Source: Patescibacteria group bacterium (lineage in GTDB: Bacteria; Patescibacteriota; Patescibacteriia; UM-FILTER-42-10). From it: a DNA stretch of 64,000 nt. Where the stretch lies: the NCBI GenBank assembly GCA_041666845.1, contig JBAYGC010000005.1, forward strand, positions 584 through 64,583. The letters are read 5' to 3'. Shown in pieces: positions 38,401 to 48,361 of this stretch. The position numbers were made by a program, and so were the translations under genes. Below the pieces are notes generated by a model. It saw nothing but the letters and a program-made list of their open reading frames with translations, was not told the DNA's origin and did not search any database. Every line of letters begins with the position of its first letter. Positions within the stretch are counted from its first letter, which is position 1.

Positions 38401-39854
38401 GCACATCATTGAACATACCAGCAAACGCGCTAGCAACCGAAGGGAATGTAACGCTCATTGCTTCTCCGAATGTAAATGTGTTCCAGACTTCCGATACCAA
38501 GATTCCATTTTATGCCTGGGATTTTGAAGCATTGGACGCAAGTTCTCAGCTTATTTCGGAATTCAGCAGCAATGTAACAATTTCTATTCCTTACGATCCG
38601 TTAGTTCTTGCGGAAATGGGAATTGATGAAAATAATCTGGTGGCCAAGTATTATGATGATACGGCCGGTGCCTGGAAGCTGCCTACCGGTGTTACTGTTG
38701 ATACGGAGGGTAATATTATAGTTGTTCAGGTCAATCATTTTACCAACTACGCGATAACTACCAATGAAACAGGGGTGGGGAATCTCTCAGGCTCCAATGG
38801 ACCTTTCAATTTGGTGGCAACACCAATGTCAGAAGGCGGACCGCAGGTCGGAGTCTTTGATAAAGACGGCAATATGATCGCCACTTGGTTTGCCTATTCA
38901 TCCAGTTTAAGAATGGGTATGACTGTAGAAGTTGCGGATCTGGACGGCGACGGCAATCCGGAGATAATCACTATTCCTGGTGAGGGATTCGACGCTCAAA
39001 TACGCGTATTCGATCAGAACGGCAATGTCTTGAGCCAATTCATGGCATATCCGGCCGGATTCCGAAACGGCGTCAGCGTAACCGCATACGATCTGGACGG
39101 TGACGGCGAAATGGAAATTATCACTGTGCCGAAAGATGCAACTGCCGATGTAAAAGTATTTGATCGTAATGGAAATCTGCTGGCCCGATTCAATGCCTAT
39201 GGATCCAGGTTCATGATGGGTGCTGAAGTGGCAGCCATGGATCTGGACGGTGACGGCACCGGTGAAATAGTAACTTATCCGACTACCGGTTCAGGACAAA
39301 TTCGTGTGTTCGACAAAGACGGCAATGCGTTGTCGCAATTCAACACTTACGGGAATGGTTATCGCAATGGTGTACGTGTAACTCTTTCCGATTTGAACGG
39401 TGACGGTACAGTTGAAATTATCACATCACCTAAAAATGCCGCAGCGCACGTAAAGGTATTCAATAAAGACGGCGGATTGTTAACCCAATTTATGGGTTAT
39501 GCTTCGACCTTTAGAGGTGGAGTGAAAACATATACCGGTGATGTTGACGGCAATGGAATTAATGAAATCGTATTACTGCCTGATACCAATGGTTCCGCTC
39601 AAGCCAGGGTTTTTGACAAGGACGGCAACCTGCTTTCCCAATTCTTCGCCTATCCTTCAGCCATCAGAGGATCGTTCTCTGCGGCTGTGGGAGATCTGGA
39701 CGGCGACGGAGTGGCGGAAATCAGTTTCGGACCGGGTACCGGACTGGGACCGCAAGTGCGTGTGTTTGATAAGGACGGCAATGCGCTGTCACAGTTCTTC
39801 TCACTGCATTCCGGGTACCGTGGTGGGATCAATCTGTCATTAATCAACCAATAA
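35481..39854 (+). CDS. Large secreted surface protein: tandem beta-sandwich (carboxypeptidase-regulatory/Cna-like) domains, ZU5-like segment, C-terminal FG-GAP-like propeller
   Basis: Signal peptide; repeated I-x-G-x-V-x-x-x-DG units; six DLDGDG..EI-type repeats with VRVFDKDGN. Confidence 0.85.
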   Translation: MNKAMQSLKKIAGFGVLGFFAITLLLSGANIALAEDMPSPPADTRITSFTVTPVSAALGATTTYNVSLTLNTTVDEIPLWIGGTGVPLGISFNTSGGCPPEVDWRACRVDLSNASISGLAGSVTGDTNEDNVYFIADNALAAGTINFSITGVKNPTYGGGLFNGKIQIQSPQVAEDEMWPEGTSPNFILGAVSFYGKVLTPSGDPINGVGVNVRNEDFSFNYGTGASPDGSFALPSTGMTAGMKYYIEIWLPSGTQGYIAPSAIQKTYTGTVQNVGTITLAVAAKTITGTVRYDTGGAVTTANIRVWNNSGSSAQADVNASGQYTLTIGGGNWEMMVDKQYNENGPVETDWVYNENKKQISFADNNSSESQTMNFTVQKTNSIIKGCVKTPDGHFLQGGWVDIRTGDGQGNGAGINGQNGCFTANVNNGSYKLQIFPDNQNPDMARFYLPEMKVDIADGQTINLGNLVMKEKTSQIKGKVMLEDGTGVGDIRVGCWQNNASGWGESVSAFDGTYTLWLQPGQWQCQAQTSTDSDYIPINAGGKTSMYELKDSTTVSGVNHIVKLADATLVVKTVGEDGKAITGNAYGWAYARVKGAGFEKGSEFGGNLDRGTATIKLIGGSTFIVGAYMPADQGGYLLEKEVEITVPKNSSKETTLTLVLPDAEIFGFLKDQDGKVVKGVEAEIYANIAENTGPGSNPGAFTRVNPEDGSYSLKVRGGNKYVLGYWFNMNDEFVQTHPDFTPFTVPVGGKVPKIITAFRANASIDAMLLDPDGKSIDFGFVWCSNQVALKDKVKGDFEGGKVIEAGGDVIGGKAHIPLIFGEYECGAGMKSGDSTYMPPENKVVTVNSGESQKITLQFREADATLSGSVKLEDGSDVPYGWCHAWQNEGGFSGAEAFDGKASIPLTIGTWYVGCDSKISGDDKFYRSEETRVVVSEKGELSKNFVLAEAAFNLPEGLTEVFDSTIQKVINLPDGTSLNIPANALATEGNVTLIASPNVNVFQTSDTKIPFYAWDFEALDASSQLISEFSSNVTISIPYDPLVLAEMGIDENNLVAKYYDDTAGAWKLPTGVTVDTEGNIIVVQVNHFTNYAITTNETGVGNLSGSNGPFNLVATPMSEGGPQVGVFDKDGNMIATWFAYSSSLRMGMTVEVADLDGDGNPEIITIPGEGFDAQIRVFDQNGNVLSQFMAYPAGFRNGVSVTAYDLDGDGEMEIITVPKDATADVKVFDRNGNLLARFNAYGSRFMMGAEVAAMDLDGDGTGEIVTYPTTGSGQIRVFDKDGNALSQFNTYGNGYRNGVRVTLSDLNGDGTVEIITSPKNAAAHVKVFNKDGGLLTQFMGYASTFRGGVKTYTGDVDGNGINEIVLLPDTNGSAQARVFDKDGNLLSQFFAYPSAIRGSFSAAVGDLDGDGVAEISFGPGTGLGPQVRVFDKDGNALSQFFSLHSGYRGGINLSLINQ

Positions 39855-39996
39855 AACTTAGACTCCCCCTAAAGATAGGGAGAATGTAGAAAATAAAAAC
39901 GCCGCTTGTCCAGCGGGGTTTTTATTATATAAAAAAAGTGACCTGGCAGATTTGAAGTCTCTGCCAGGCCCACGAAACCAACCCACGATGAAGTGG

Positions 39997-40497
39997 TTAT
40001 TTCCCAAACAGCTTCTTGCGAAGCTCGTAGAAATTGACCACGATCGTGTAGAAAAGAACGTCGGCGAGCACCTTGCCCACCAGCACGCCGAGTAGCATGC
40101 CGAGCATCCCATCCATCATGATTGACTGAGAAGCCAGCATCAATGATGGCCGGATGACTGCGCTGTCAGCGAACTCTGCTGGTCCGTATTCCCAGACCAG
40201 ATTCCAGAAGGTGATCCAGGCAATCCGCCAAGCTGAGGTGTTCTCCCGCCGGTGGAGACGAATCTCCCGGACAATGGCGATGCCGTAGAAACCGACGTTC
40301 TCGCCAACCGTTCCGGCGTAGGAGATGATGATGGGGTTCTTGGTGAAAATCTGAGCAATTATGGCGCCCAGAATGGCTGTGGCCGTCCCGAGGATTTCCT
40401 GCGGAAGATACCGCCGGATCCATTCAGTAATCTTCTGCTTTGCCTTCAGAAGAAACCGTTTGGTGTTCTCGGTCAGCTTGTGCCTTAGTTGTGGCAC
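39997..40497 (-). CDS. GC-rich membrane protein, stand-alone unit
   Basis: GTG start with AAGGGG SD; promoter TTGACA(40586-91)-17-TACAAT(40563-68); terminator cctggcaga/tctgccagg at about 39932-39968. Confidence 0.8.
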   Translation of the reverse strand: MPQLRHKLTENTKRFLLKAKQKITEWIRRYLPQEILGTATAILGAIIAQIFTKNPIIISYAGTVGENVGFYGIAIVREIRLHRRENTSAWRIAWITFWNLVWEYGPAEFADSAVIRPSLMLASQSIMMDGMLGMLLGVLVGKVLADVLFYTIVVNFYELRKKLFGK

Positions 40498-40693
40498 TTT
40501 TTTCCCCTTAGGAAGGAGCTGTCCTATTGTTAAAAAGGGGTTCTACCCTATATTAACCGGACATTGTATCAGATATTTATGCAAATGTCAATGCTAGTGG
40601 AGATAAGATAAAATAGGTATGGTTTAGATTGGGAATGATAATTCTAATTAGTGTATGTCGATTTTTTAAAATATATATGTTAAACTATTATAT

Positions 40694-41686
40694 ATGAAAG
40701 AAAAGAAATACATTTTCAGCGGTATCCAGCCGTCCGGGGCTATTCATCTGGGCAACTATTTCGGCGCGATCCGGCAGTGGGTAGAACTGCAAAAGACCTA
40801 CACCGGTATTTTCAGTATTGTTGACTATCACGCAATAACGGTAAATTACGATCCGCACAAACTCCAACGCAGGATCTTAGAAGCGGCGGCGGATTATCTG
40901 GCGGCGGGGATTGATCCGAAAAAAAGCATGATCTTTGTCCAGTCGGATGTTCCGGAACATGTTGAGCTTGCGTGGTTATTCAATACAATTCTTCCGGTAT
41001 CTGAATTGCGTCGGATGACCCAGTACAAAGAAAAGTCCGGACGACAGCAGTCAGCCAGCGCCGGTTTGTTAAACTATCCGATTCTGATGGCGGCGGATAT
41101 CTTACTGTACAAAGCAATCGGTGTTCCCGTAGGTGAAGATCAGATACAACATGTGGAATTAACCCGGACAATTGCCAGAAATTTCAACCGGAAATTCGGC
41201 AAAGTGTTTGTTGAACCAAGTGTGATATTATCTCGCGGTTCTCGCATTATGTCGCTGGCTGATCCTTTGAAAAAAATGAGCAAGAGCCTGGGCGAGAAGC
41301 ATTATGTCGCGCTTTCGGACAGTCCGAGTGTCATGCGCAAGAAGTTTATGAGTGCGGTGACTGATACCGGCGTGACGATGTATGAGAAGAAAAAAAGCCC
41401 GGGTGTTTATAATCTGTTTGAATTGCTAGAATTGATGACGGACGCGCAGACCGTGGCGCGCTTTGAGAAGAAATATCAAACCGGTAATCTTTCATACAAA
41501 GAATTAAAGGAAACACTGGGTAATGCTGCGGTTGATATGTTCGCTTCATTCCAGGAGAAAAGGACAAAACTATTATCCGACGAAAAGAAGCTCAGAAAAA
41601 TTCTGGCGGACGGTGCAAGTAGAGCACGAAAAATCGCCCAAAAGACCCTCCAGGAAGCGAAGCAGAAAATGGGAATTGCAAAATAA
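40694..41686 (+). CDS. trpS: Tryptophan--tRNA ligase
   Basis: SGIQPSG, HLGN, VPVGEDQ, KMSKS. Confidence 0.98.
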   Translation: MKEKKYIFSGIQPSGAIHLGNYFGAIRQWVELQKTYTGIFSIVDYHAITVNYDPHKLQRRILEAAADYLAAGIDPKKSMIFVQSDVPEHVELAWLFNTILPVSELRRMTQYKEKSGRQQSASAGLLNYPILMAADILLYKAIGVPVGEDQIQHVELTRTIARNFNRKFGKVFVEPSVILSRGSRIMSLADPLKKMSKSLGEKHYVALSDSPSVMRKKFMSAVTDTGVTMYEKKKSPGVYNLFELLELMTDAQTVARFEKKYQTGNLSYKELKETLGNAAVDMFASFQEKRTKLLSDEKKLRKILADGASRARKIAQKTLQEAKQKMGIAK

Positions 41687-41689
41687 ATC

Positions 41690-41725
41690 AAAAAAGACGC
41701 CGAGGTTTAACTTAGCGTCTTTTTA
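41690..41725. terminator. Bidirectional terminator trpS/murI
   Basis: aaaaaagacgc...gcgtcttttt. Confidence 0.75.
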
Positions 41726-41736
41726 GTTGATGAAAA

Positions 41737-42546
41737 CTAGTTTAGTTCGATCGTTTCTGCCTGTATGTTACGACCTAAATACTTTCTGGCTGATGCTTCA
41801 AATCTGGTGTTTTTTTCGGTAGTAAAGAAAATCCTTTTTGCCGGCATTGCTTTCGATATTTTGGCAAATTGAGGATGTTTTTGCAGATAGGCCGTCAGTT
41901 TATCAGCTACAATTTTTCCACTGTCTAAAACTTTAACTCTGCTTCCGAAGTAATTTTGAATATCTTTTTGTAGCCAGCCATAATGCGTACAGCCCAGTAT
42001 TACCGTATCAGGTTGGTGGTTTTTTAAAGGCCTGATATACTTTTTCAAAATCATTTTTGTTTCCGGACGTTTTTCCCATCCCTCTTCAATCAAAGGTACC
42101 AACAAGGGGCACGCCTGTTGTACCACTTTAATTTTTTTGTCCAAACTCTTAATTTCCCTAGTATAGGATTGTGATTCTACTGTACTGCGAGTGCCCATAA
42201 CCGCTACTGTCTTTTTTTTGGTTATAATGGCAGCCTCCTCAGCCAATGGTCTGATTACACCCAGAATATTCTTATTTGGGTACTTTTTTGGTAAATATTC
42301 CCGCTGCAATTTTGGCAGAGCTTCAGCTGACGTTGTGTTACAAGCCAGAATTATCAGATCACACCCTTGTCCAAACAGAAAATCCACAGCCTGTTGGGCG
42401 TATTCATAGATTACTTCCTGACTGCGATTGCCATATGGAGCACGCGCGTTATCGCCGAGATATATGTAATCATATTGCGGCAAGGCCTCTTCTATTTTTT
42501 TATAGATTGTCAGCCCGCCAAATCCAGAGTCGAATACTCCTATCAT
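41737..42546 (-). CDS. murI: Glutamate racemase
   Basis: FDSGFGGL, ACNT, LGCTHY. Confidence 0.97.
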   Translation of the reverse strand: MIGVFDSGFGGLTIYKKIEEALPQYDYIYLGDNARAPYGNRSQEVIYEYAQQAVDFLFGQGCDLIILACNTTSAEALPKLQREYLPKKYPNKNILGVIRPLAEEAAIITKKKTVAVMGTRSTVESQSYTREIKSLDKKIKVVQQACPLLVPLIEEGWEKRPETKMILKKYIRPLKNHQPDTVILGCTHYGWLQKDIQNYFGSRVKVLDSGKIVADKLTAYLQKHPQFAKISKAMPAKRIFFTTEKNTRFEASARKYLGRNIQAETIELN

Positions 42547-42551
42547 ATAAT

Positions 42552-44096
42552 TTATTCAATTAAACTTATTCCTGTCATTTCCTTTGGTTTTTCTATGCCC
42601 AGAATTGCAAGTGCGGTGGGGGCAACATCCTTTAGTGCGCCAGAATGTAATTTGCATTTTTTTAGTTCTGGCTTTTCAGAAATAATTATTAATGGCACGT
42701 CCGCGTCTGTGTGATGGGTATGTTCCATGTTCTTGTGCTGATCATAAGTTATCTCAGCGTTACCATGGTCAGCTGTAATAATTACAGTTGCGCCTATTGC
42801 CTGAGCTTTTTTTAGCAGTTTTGCCAAGTACTTGTCAATAGTGGCTACTCCTTTAATTACAGCTTCTTTGATTGCAGTATGGCCAAGAATGTCCGGATTA
42901 GCATAGTTAATAACAACCAAATCATATATATGCTCGTCTAATTTTTGAAGAACCGTTTCAGTTATTTCAGCAACTTTCATTTCCGGTTTAAGATCATATG
43001 TAGCTATTTTATCAGAGGGGATCAATATCCTATCCTCACCGTCAAAAGGATCTTCATGCATTCCGTTAAATATTTTTGTGCAGTAAACCCATTTTTCTGT
43101 TTCGGAAATCCTTAGTTGTTTTAAACCTGCCTTACTCACTACTTCTCCCAGGCAGTTTTTAATTCTTTCTCGGGCAATGGCGAACGGAACTGGAATTCGG
43201 TCGTAATAGTCAGTAAGAGCGACATACTGAATATTCAGTTTGTTTGGCCGGCTGAATTCCTTAAAATTATCTTCTACAAACGCCTGAGTAATTTCAATCG
43301 CACGATCAACTCTAAAATTGAAATTAAACACGGCATCTCCATTCTTAATTACGGCCAAAGGTTTTCCATTCTTGGTAATGATGGTCGGTTTAATAAATTC
43401 GTCCGACTCGCCACGCCGATATGCATCGGCCACTGCCTGATCTACAGAATCAGCCTGGTAATCTCCTTTTCCTTCCGTGAGTGCCCGGTATGCTTTTTCT
43501 ACTCTTTCCCAGCGATGATCCCGGTCCATTGCCCAATAACGACCCATGACCGACGCAATTTCGCCCACTTTTAATTCTTTCATGACTGTTTTGAGCCGAT
43601 CCAGGTATATTTCAACTTCTTTTGGTGGTGTGTCCCGCCCGTCAGCAAAAATATGAATGTATACTTTGTCCAGTTTTTCTTTAGCAGCTAACTCAAGAAT
43701 CATATGGCAGGTCAAATCATAGCTATGTACTCCTTCATTCGAGAGCATGCCAATCAGATGAAGTGCGCCGTTGTCTTGCTTAATTTTTTTAATAGCATTA
43801 ACATACGCAGGCTCTTTCAGGAGCTTGCCACTTAGAATGGCTTGTTTAATCTGCATCTGGGGAAGTAGGGCATTTCTTCCCGCTCCGATAATCAAGTGTC
43901 CAATCTCTGATGCTCCCTGATGCCCATGTTCCAGCCCGATTCCTTCTCCACCCGCCTTTATTCTGGTGTGAGGCCTGGTTTTCTCCAGATTATCCATAGT
44001 TGGCGTGGGTGCCAAAAATATTGGATTATGTTCATCCTTCTTTCCGATTCCCCACCCATCAAGAATAATGATGATTAGAGGTCCCTTATTTTTCAT
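42552..44096 (-). CDS. gpmI: 2,3-BPG-independent phosphoglycerate mutase
   Basis: ILDGWG, SEIGH, DGRDTPP, GRYWAMDRD, TADHGNAE. Confidence 0.96.
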   Translation of the reverse strand: MKNKGPLIIIILDGWGIGKKDEHNPIFLAPTPTMDNLEKTRPHTRIKAGGEGIGLEHGHQGASEIGHLIIGAGRNALLPQMQIKQAILSGKLLKEPAYVNAIKKIKQDNGALHLIGMLSNEGVHSYDLTCHMILELAAKEKLDKVYIHIFADGRDTPPKEVEIYLDRLKTVMKELKVGEIASVMGRYWAMDRDHRWERVEKAYRALTEGKGDYQADSVDQAVADAYRRGESDEFIKPTIITKNGKPLAVIKNGDAVFNFNFRVDRAIEITQAFVEDNFKEFSRPNKLNIQYVALTDYYDRIPVPFAIARERIKNCLGEVVSKAGLKQLRISETEKWVYCTKIFNGMHEDPFDGEDRILIPSDKIATYDLKPEMKVAEITETVLQKLDEHIYDLVVINYANPDILGHTAIKEAVIKGVATIDKYLAKLLKKAQAIGATVIITADHGNAEITYDQHKNMEHTHHTDADVPLIIISEKPELKKCKLHSGALKDVAPTALAILGIEKPKEMTGISLIE

Positions 44097-44113
44097 AAGC
44101 AGAGAGTAACCAA

Positions 44114-45601
44114 TTATACCCAGCCTAAACGTCCGGTTAAGCTCATAACTTCTTTTCGGTCTAATTTATCCTCAATTTCCGGGAACTGCTCCAGGAAATC
44201 GGCAACAACATTTTTCATCTCCAGTACCCGTTCTTTGGTATCTGCCTCAAAACGGACGGTAAGGTAAGGACTGGTATTGGATGCGCGAACAATCGCCCAA
44301 CTCTTATCATCAAAACTCATTCTCACGCCGTCGATTGTGACTGTCTTGTATAGTTTGGAAAAATGTTCCTGCACTTTTTTGATCACATCGAATTTTACTT
44401 CATCGGCGCAGGGTAGTTTGAGTTCAGTGGTCCGAACAGTAACCGGGAAATCTTTAAACAGAGCGGAAAATGGCTCATTGGAATCCGCGAGCAATTCCAA
44501 TATTCTGGCACCGGCATACATGCCGTCTTCGCTTCGGAACAGCTCTTTAACAAAATAGATATGTCCGGATACTTCACCGCCAAAAATAATGTCAGGATCT
44601 TTCCGGAACGTATCTTTGATCGGCGCGTGACCGGTAATATGCATTAGTGGAACCCCACCGAATTTTGGAATCAGTTCTTCCATCAGCCTGGTGCATTTGA
44701 CGTCATATAGGATTTTTTTACCCGGATCGGTTTTTAATGCTTCCCGGGCAAGCAGTAAAATCATCATGTCCGTATCAACATATTCGCCGTTTTCATCCAC
44801 AAACCCCACCCGGTCACCGTCCGCATCCAGACCAATCCCGCAGTCTGCTTTTGTTTCCACCACTTTTCTGCCTAACTCCTCCATATTGTTCGGCATTTCC
44901 GGGTCCGGCACGTGATTTGGAAAGGTCGCGTCAGGCGTAGTGTAGAGTTCCACTACTTCACAACCCAGCTTGCGGAAAAATTGCGGTGCGAAAAGTCCGG
45001 CACTGCCGTTACCGCAATCAATAACTACTTTCAATCTACGTTTAATATTCAATTTTTTTGTCATGAATTCTTCGTAGTCCGGATATACTTCTTTCTTTTT
45101 CAATTCACCCTTTTCCGCCTGAATGAAGTCCTCCTTTTCCACCATTTCTCTGACTACTTGTAATTCATCGCCATAAATTGGCAGCACACCCTTGCCGTTC
45201 ATTTTAAAACCATTATAAAAATACACGTTATGACTACCGGTAACATTGACGCCGCCGTCAAATTCGTAAAAGCCGTTGGCAAAATAAACCAAGGGTGTCA
45301 GCGCAATACCGACATCAGTGACATCACATCCGGTGGATAGAATGCCGTTAATGAAACCTTGGGTTAGTTCGTTGGAAAACGGACGCAATTCCTGTCCGAC
45401 CACAATGTTTTTGCCGTTATATTTTCTCTGGATGTATGTACCATAAGCTTTGCCCAGAGCCTCTGCTACATCGAGCGTGATATTAATCCCCGGGAAGGGA
45501 CCATACCATTTTTCAAACTCTGCGATTGCATCTTTTGAAAATTCTTTTCCCGCGATGCCGCGGATATCATATAAGCGGAAGATTGTTGGTGATACTTTCA
45601 T
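44114..45601 (-). CDS. Phosphomannomutase/phosphoglucomutase
   Basis: FRLYDIRG, TGSHN, DADGDR, GEVSGH, RASNT. Confidence 0.95.
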   Translation of the reverse strand: MKVSPTIFRLYDIRGIAGKEFSKDAIAEFEKWYGPFPGINITLDVAEALGKAYGTYIQRKYNGKNIVVGQELRPFSNELTQGFINGILSTGCDVTDVGIALTPLVYFANGFYEFDGGVNVTGSHNVYFYNGFKMNGKGVLPIYGDELQVVREMVEKEDFIQAEKGELKKKEVYPDYEEFMTKKLNIKRRLKVVIDCGNGSAGLFAPQFFRKLGCEVVELYTTPDATFPNHVPDPEMPNNMEELGRKVVETKADCGIGLDADGDRVGFVDENGEYVDTDMMILLLAREALKTDPGKKILYDVKCTRLMEELIPKFGGVPLMHITGHAPIKDTFRKDPDIIFGGEVSGHIYFVKELFRSEDGMYAGARILELLADSNEPFSALFKDFPVTVRTTELKLPCADEVKFDVIKKVQEHFSKLYKTVTIDGVRMSFDDKSWAIVRASNTSPYLTVRFEADTKERVLEMKNVVADFLEQFPEIEDKLDRKEVMSLTGRLGWV

Positions 45602-45650
45602 ATTTTTTTGGATAAAATATGGCCGAGAAATTCCCGGTCATATTTACTGA

Positions 45651-46850
45651 TTATTTATTGCTTTCTGCCAACTGGATTTTTTTTACTTGGACTATTGCTC
45701 CAAACGCCCAGATTACGGCAATGGCATTAATCACCCAGCCGAGCGCCGGTATTGAGGTGAAAATGCTCAGGATAATGATGCCGATAATCATGGCCAGCAG
45801 GAGAGAAAATGACTTGTCTTTTTTCTTTTTTCTAATGCCCAGAAGTATCCAACGGCCGATGAGTAGGCCGACAAACACTTTGCTGATGTAGGCAATTATC
45901 ATATAAATCGCCATAGTGATCATTGCCAGCGGTACACCGATGATTGTGACAATAAGTACGGTACAGACAATCGGCACCAAAATCAGCAACGCCAGCCCCC
46001 AGCCCATGCTTTTGGCCGGCTCATTTTTCATCTGATCAACTATTTTTATGCTATCCTTCTTTAATATTGATACAATAATCATCCCAACGATGAACAGACC
46101 GAACAGGCCGGTTATCTTAAAAAATGCGGTAGTCAGTCCGATAAATTTAAAGAAATCACTTTTATCAAATGGTTGAATGACAGGGGCTTTTTTGATTATA
46201 TCTCCTCCCACTACCGCTTTGTCGGACACGGTCGGATCGGTAACACTTGAATAAGTGAAGTTGCCATTGATAATTGCTTTATCGGTGAGAGTGATTTTAC
46301 CGTTTTCCTGATTGGCATAGATATTCACGTTGCCGCCGATGGTTGCTGAAATATAACTGGTGGCACTGCCGTCAACATGTCCGCCGACTGTGCCTTTGAT
46401 GTTGGCTGTCTCCGCCAGATAGGAAAGACTCCAGCCAATTGAATTATTCAGTGAGGTTGAAAATGACTTAGCGGCTACGTTGGTGTTCTTTCCGATTACT
46501 GCATCCAAATCAACCGTATTGCCGGCGACTCTCACATTTCCCAATACTTCGCCTCTGATGCTAATTGTATTGCCGGCCGCAATTACATCACCTTGAACCG
46601 TGGAATTGATTGTAATGTTTGTTCCGGCCACGACAATGTCGCCGTTTACCGGACCGTTTATTTCAATATTTTCCCCGAATCCGATGAAATTATCATTGAT
46701 CGTCTGGTCGGAATCGATATAGATATTATCCTGTGCTAATATTTTACCGTCAGTAATTCCGGCTAAGGAAGCCTGCGGCAAACCGAAAACAACGCTGATG
46801 GTTACAACAAAAATTATCGCTAATATTGAAAAGATAATCCCACGTTTCAT
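45651..46850 (-). CDS. Membrane protein with beta-helix (polymer-forming/bactofilin-like) repeats
   Basis: Repeated V-x-GD-x-x-x-AG units followed by several TM helices. Confidence 0.8.
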   Translation of the reverse strand: MKRGIIFSILAIIFVVTISVVFGLPQASLAGITDGKILAQDNIYIDSDQTINDNFIGFGENIEINGPVNGDIVVAGTNITINSTVQGDVIAAGNTISIRGEVLGNVRVAGNTVDLDAVIGKNTNVAAKSFSTSLNNSIGWSLSYLAETANIKGTVGGHVDGSATSYISATIGGNVNIYANQENGKITLTDKAIINGNFTYSSVTDPTVSDKAVVGGDIIKKAPVIQPFDKSDFFKFIGLTTAFFKITGLFGLFIVGMIIVSILKKDSIKIVDQMKNEPAKSMGWGLALLILVPIVCTVLIVTIIGVPLAMITMAIYMIIAYISKVFVGLLIGRWILLGIRKKKKDKSFSLLLAMIIGIIILSIFTSIPALGWVINAIAVIWAFGAIVQVKKIQLAESNK

Positions 46851-47065
46851 ATGTTTGTGCTTAATAATTTACCAGCGGTTATTGTACCATTTTTCGCTTA
46901 TAATATAAAGCAAATCACGGTATTTGAATTATATTTTAACCTGTGCTAACCTGACAGTAACATTATGATCTAATAACCCGACAATTTTCATTGAACCTTC
47001 GCCCAAAAGCGCGTGGGTTTTATTTATTGTATTTTTAAGATATTATTCAAGTGAAAGGAAAAGAT

Positions 47066-48361
47066 ATGAATATAAAAAATTTGAAAGAAACAGACCAAAT
47101 AATCGCGGAAACGCTGGAAAAGGAACTTGACCGGCAACGCAACGGAATAGAGCTGATAGCTTCGGAGAACTTTGTTTCCCTGGCAGTAATGCAGGCTTTG
47201 GGCAGTATCGGCACTAATAAATACTCGGAAGGGTATCCAAACAGAAGATATTATGGCGGATGCAAATATGTGGACGAAATTGAAAGTCTGGCGATTGAAC
47301 GGGCAAAAATGTTATTTAATGTTGACCATGTCAATGTACAAGCCTACTCCGGTTCGCCGGCCAATCTGGCGGTTTATTACGCATTGCTGAAACCGGGTGA
47401 TACTGTACTGGGTGCCAAGCTTTCTTTCGGCGGACATATGACTCACGGATTGAAGGTAAACTTTTCCGGCACTTTATATAATTCAGTCAACTATACCTCA
47501 GATAAAAACGGTTATCTGGATTTTGATGAAATCCGGAGTCTGGCTAAGGAGCACAAACCTAAACTGATAATCGCCGGTTTCACCGCCTACCCCAGAATTA
47601 TTGACTGGCAGAAGTTCAGGGCGATCGCGGACGAAGTAGGGGCGTTTTTACTGGCCGACATTTCTCATATTGCCGGGCTGATTATCGGCGGACAGCATCC
47701 CTCGCCGGCCAGGATCGCTGATGTTACCATGACGACTGCGCATAAAACATTGCGCGGGCCACGCGGAGCGATGATTCTTTCCAACGGTACCGTCTCCAAT
47801 TCTAATAAGCCGGTGGAACTGACCAAGGAGAATATTCCGACGCTGATTGACCGGGCAATTATTCCTGGTCTGCAAGGTGGGCCACACAACCATACGACAG
47901 CGGCTATTGCTGTTGCGTTGCAAGAGGCGATGCAGCCGGAATTCAAGGAATACGCGAAACAGATTGTCCTGAACGCCAAAGCTTTGGCGAAATCTTTGAT
48001 GGCGGAAGGATTGGAACTGGTCACCGGCGGAACGGATAACCATCTGATGCTGGTTGATCTGACCAAAACGGGGGTCACCGGCAAGGAAGCCGAAGTGGCG
48101 CTGGGAGAGGCCGAGATCTTTGTGAATAAAAATACCGTTCCTCATGATCTGCGCAAACCCACTGATCCGTCCGGTATCCGACTGGGTACGCCGGCTCTGA
48201 CTACTCGTGGACTTAAAGAAGATGACATGGAACTGATCGGACAGCTGATTACCAAAGTGATCAAGAATATTAATGACTCATCGGTTAAGGGAGAAGTAAA
48301 AAAACAGGTGAAAGAACTGATGGATCAATATCCGCTTTATCCGGGATTAACCTATTTGTAA
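47066..48361 (+). CDS. glyA: Serine hydroxymethyltransferase
   Basis: LIASEN, NKYSEGYP, HKTLRGPRG, SGIRLGT; ATG start preferred over GTG 47051. Confidence 0.98.
   Translation: MNIKNLKETDQIIAETLEKELDRQRNGIELIASENFVSLAVMQALGSIGTNKYSEGYPNRRYYGGCKYVDEIESLAIERAKMLFNVDHVNVQAYSGSPANLAVYYALLKPGDTVLGAKLSFGGHMTHGLKVNFSGTLYNSVNYTSDKNGYLDFDEIRSLAKEHKPKLIIAGFTAYPRIIDWQKFRAIADEVGAFLLADISHIAGLIIGGQHPSPARIADVTMTTAHKTLRGPRGAMILSNGTVSNSNKPVELTKENIPTLIDRAIIPGLQGGPHNHTTAAIAVALQEAMQPEFKEYAKQIVLNAKALAKSLMAEGLELVTGGTDNHLMLVDLTKTGVTGKEAEVALGEAEIFVNKNTVPHDLRKPTDPSGIRLGTPALTTRGLKEDDMELIGQLITKVIKNINDSSVKGEVKKQVKELMDQYPLYPGLTYL

Noticed and set aside
38800-39840. Regularly spaced DNA repeats (gatctggacggcgacgg, gacaaagacggcaat) as a possible CRISPR array
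   Set aside because: In-frame protein repeats with synonymous variation; no CRISPR array or cas gene is seen in the window.
46940-47030. Possible folate or ZTP riboswitch upstream of glyA-folD
   Set aside because: Only a small hairpin; I cannot match the consensus of either riboswitch.
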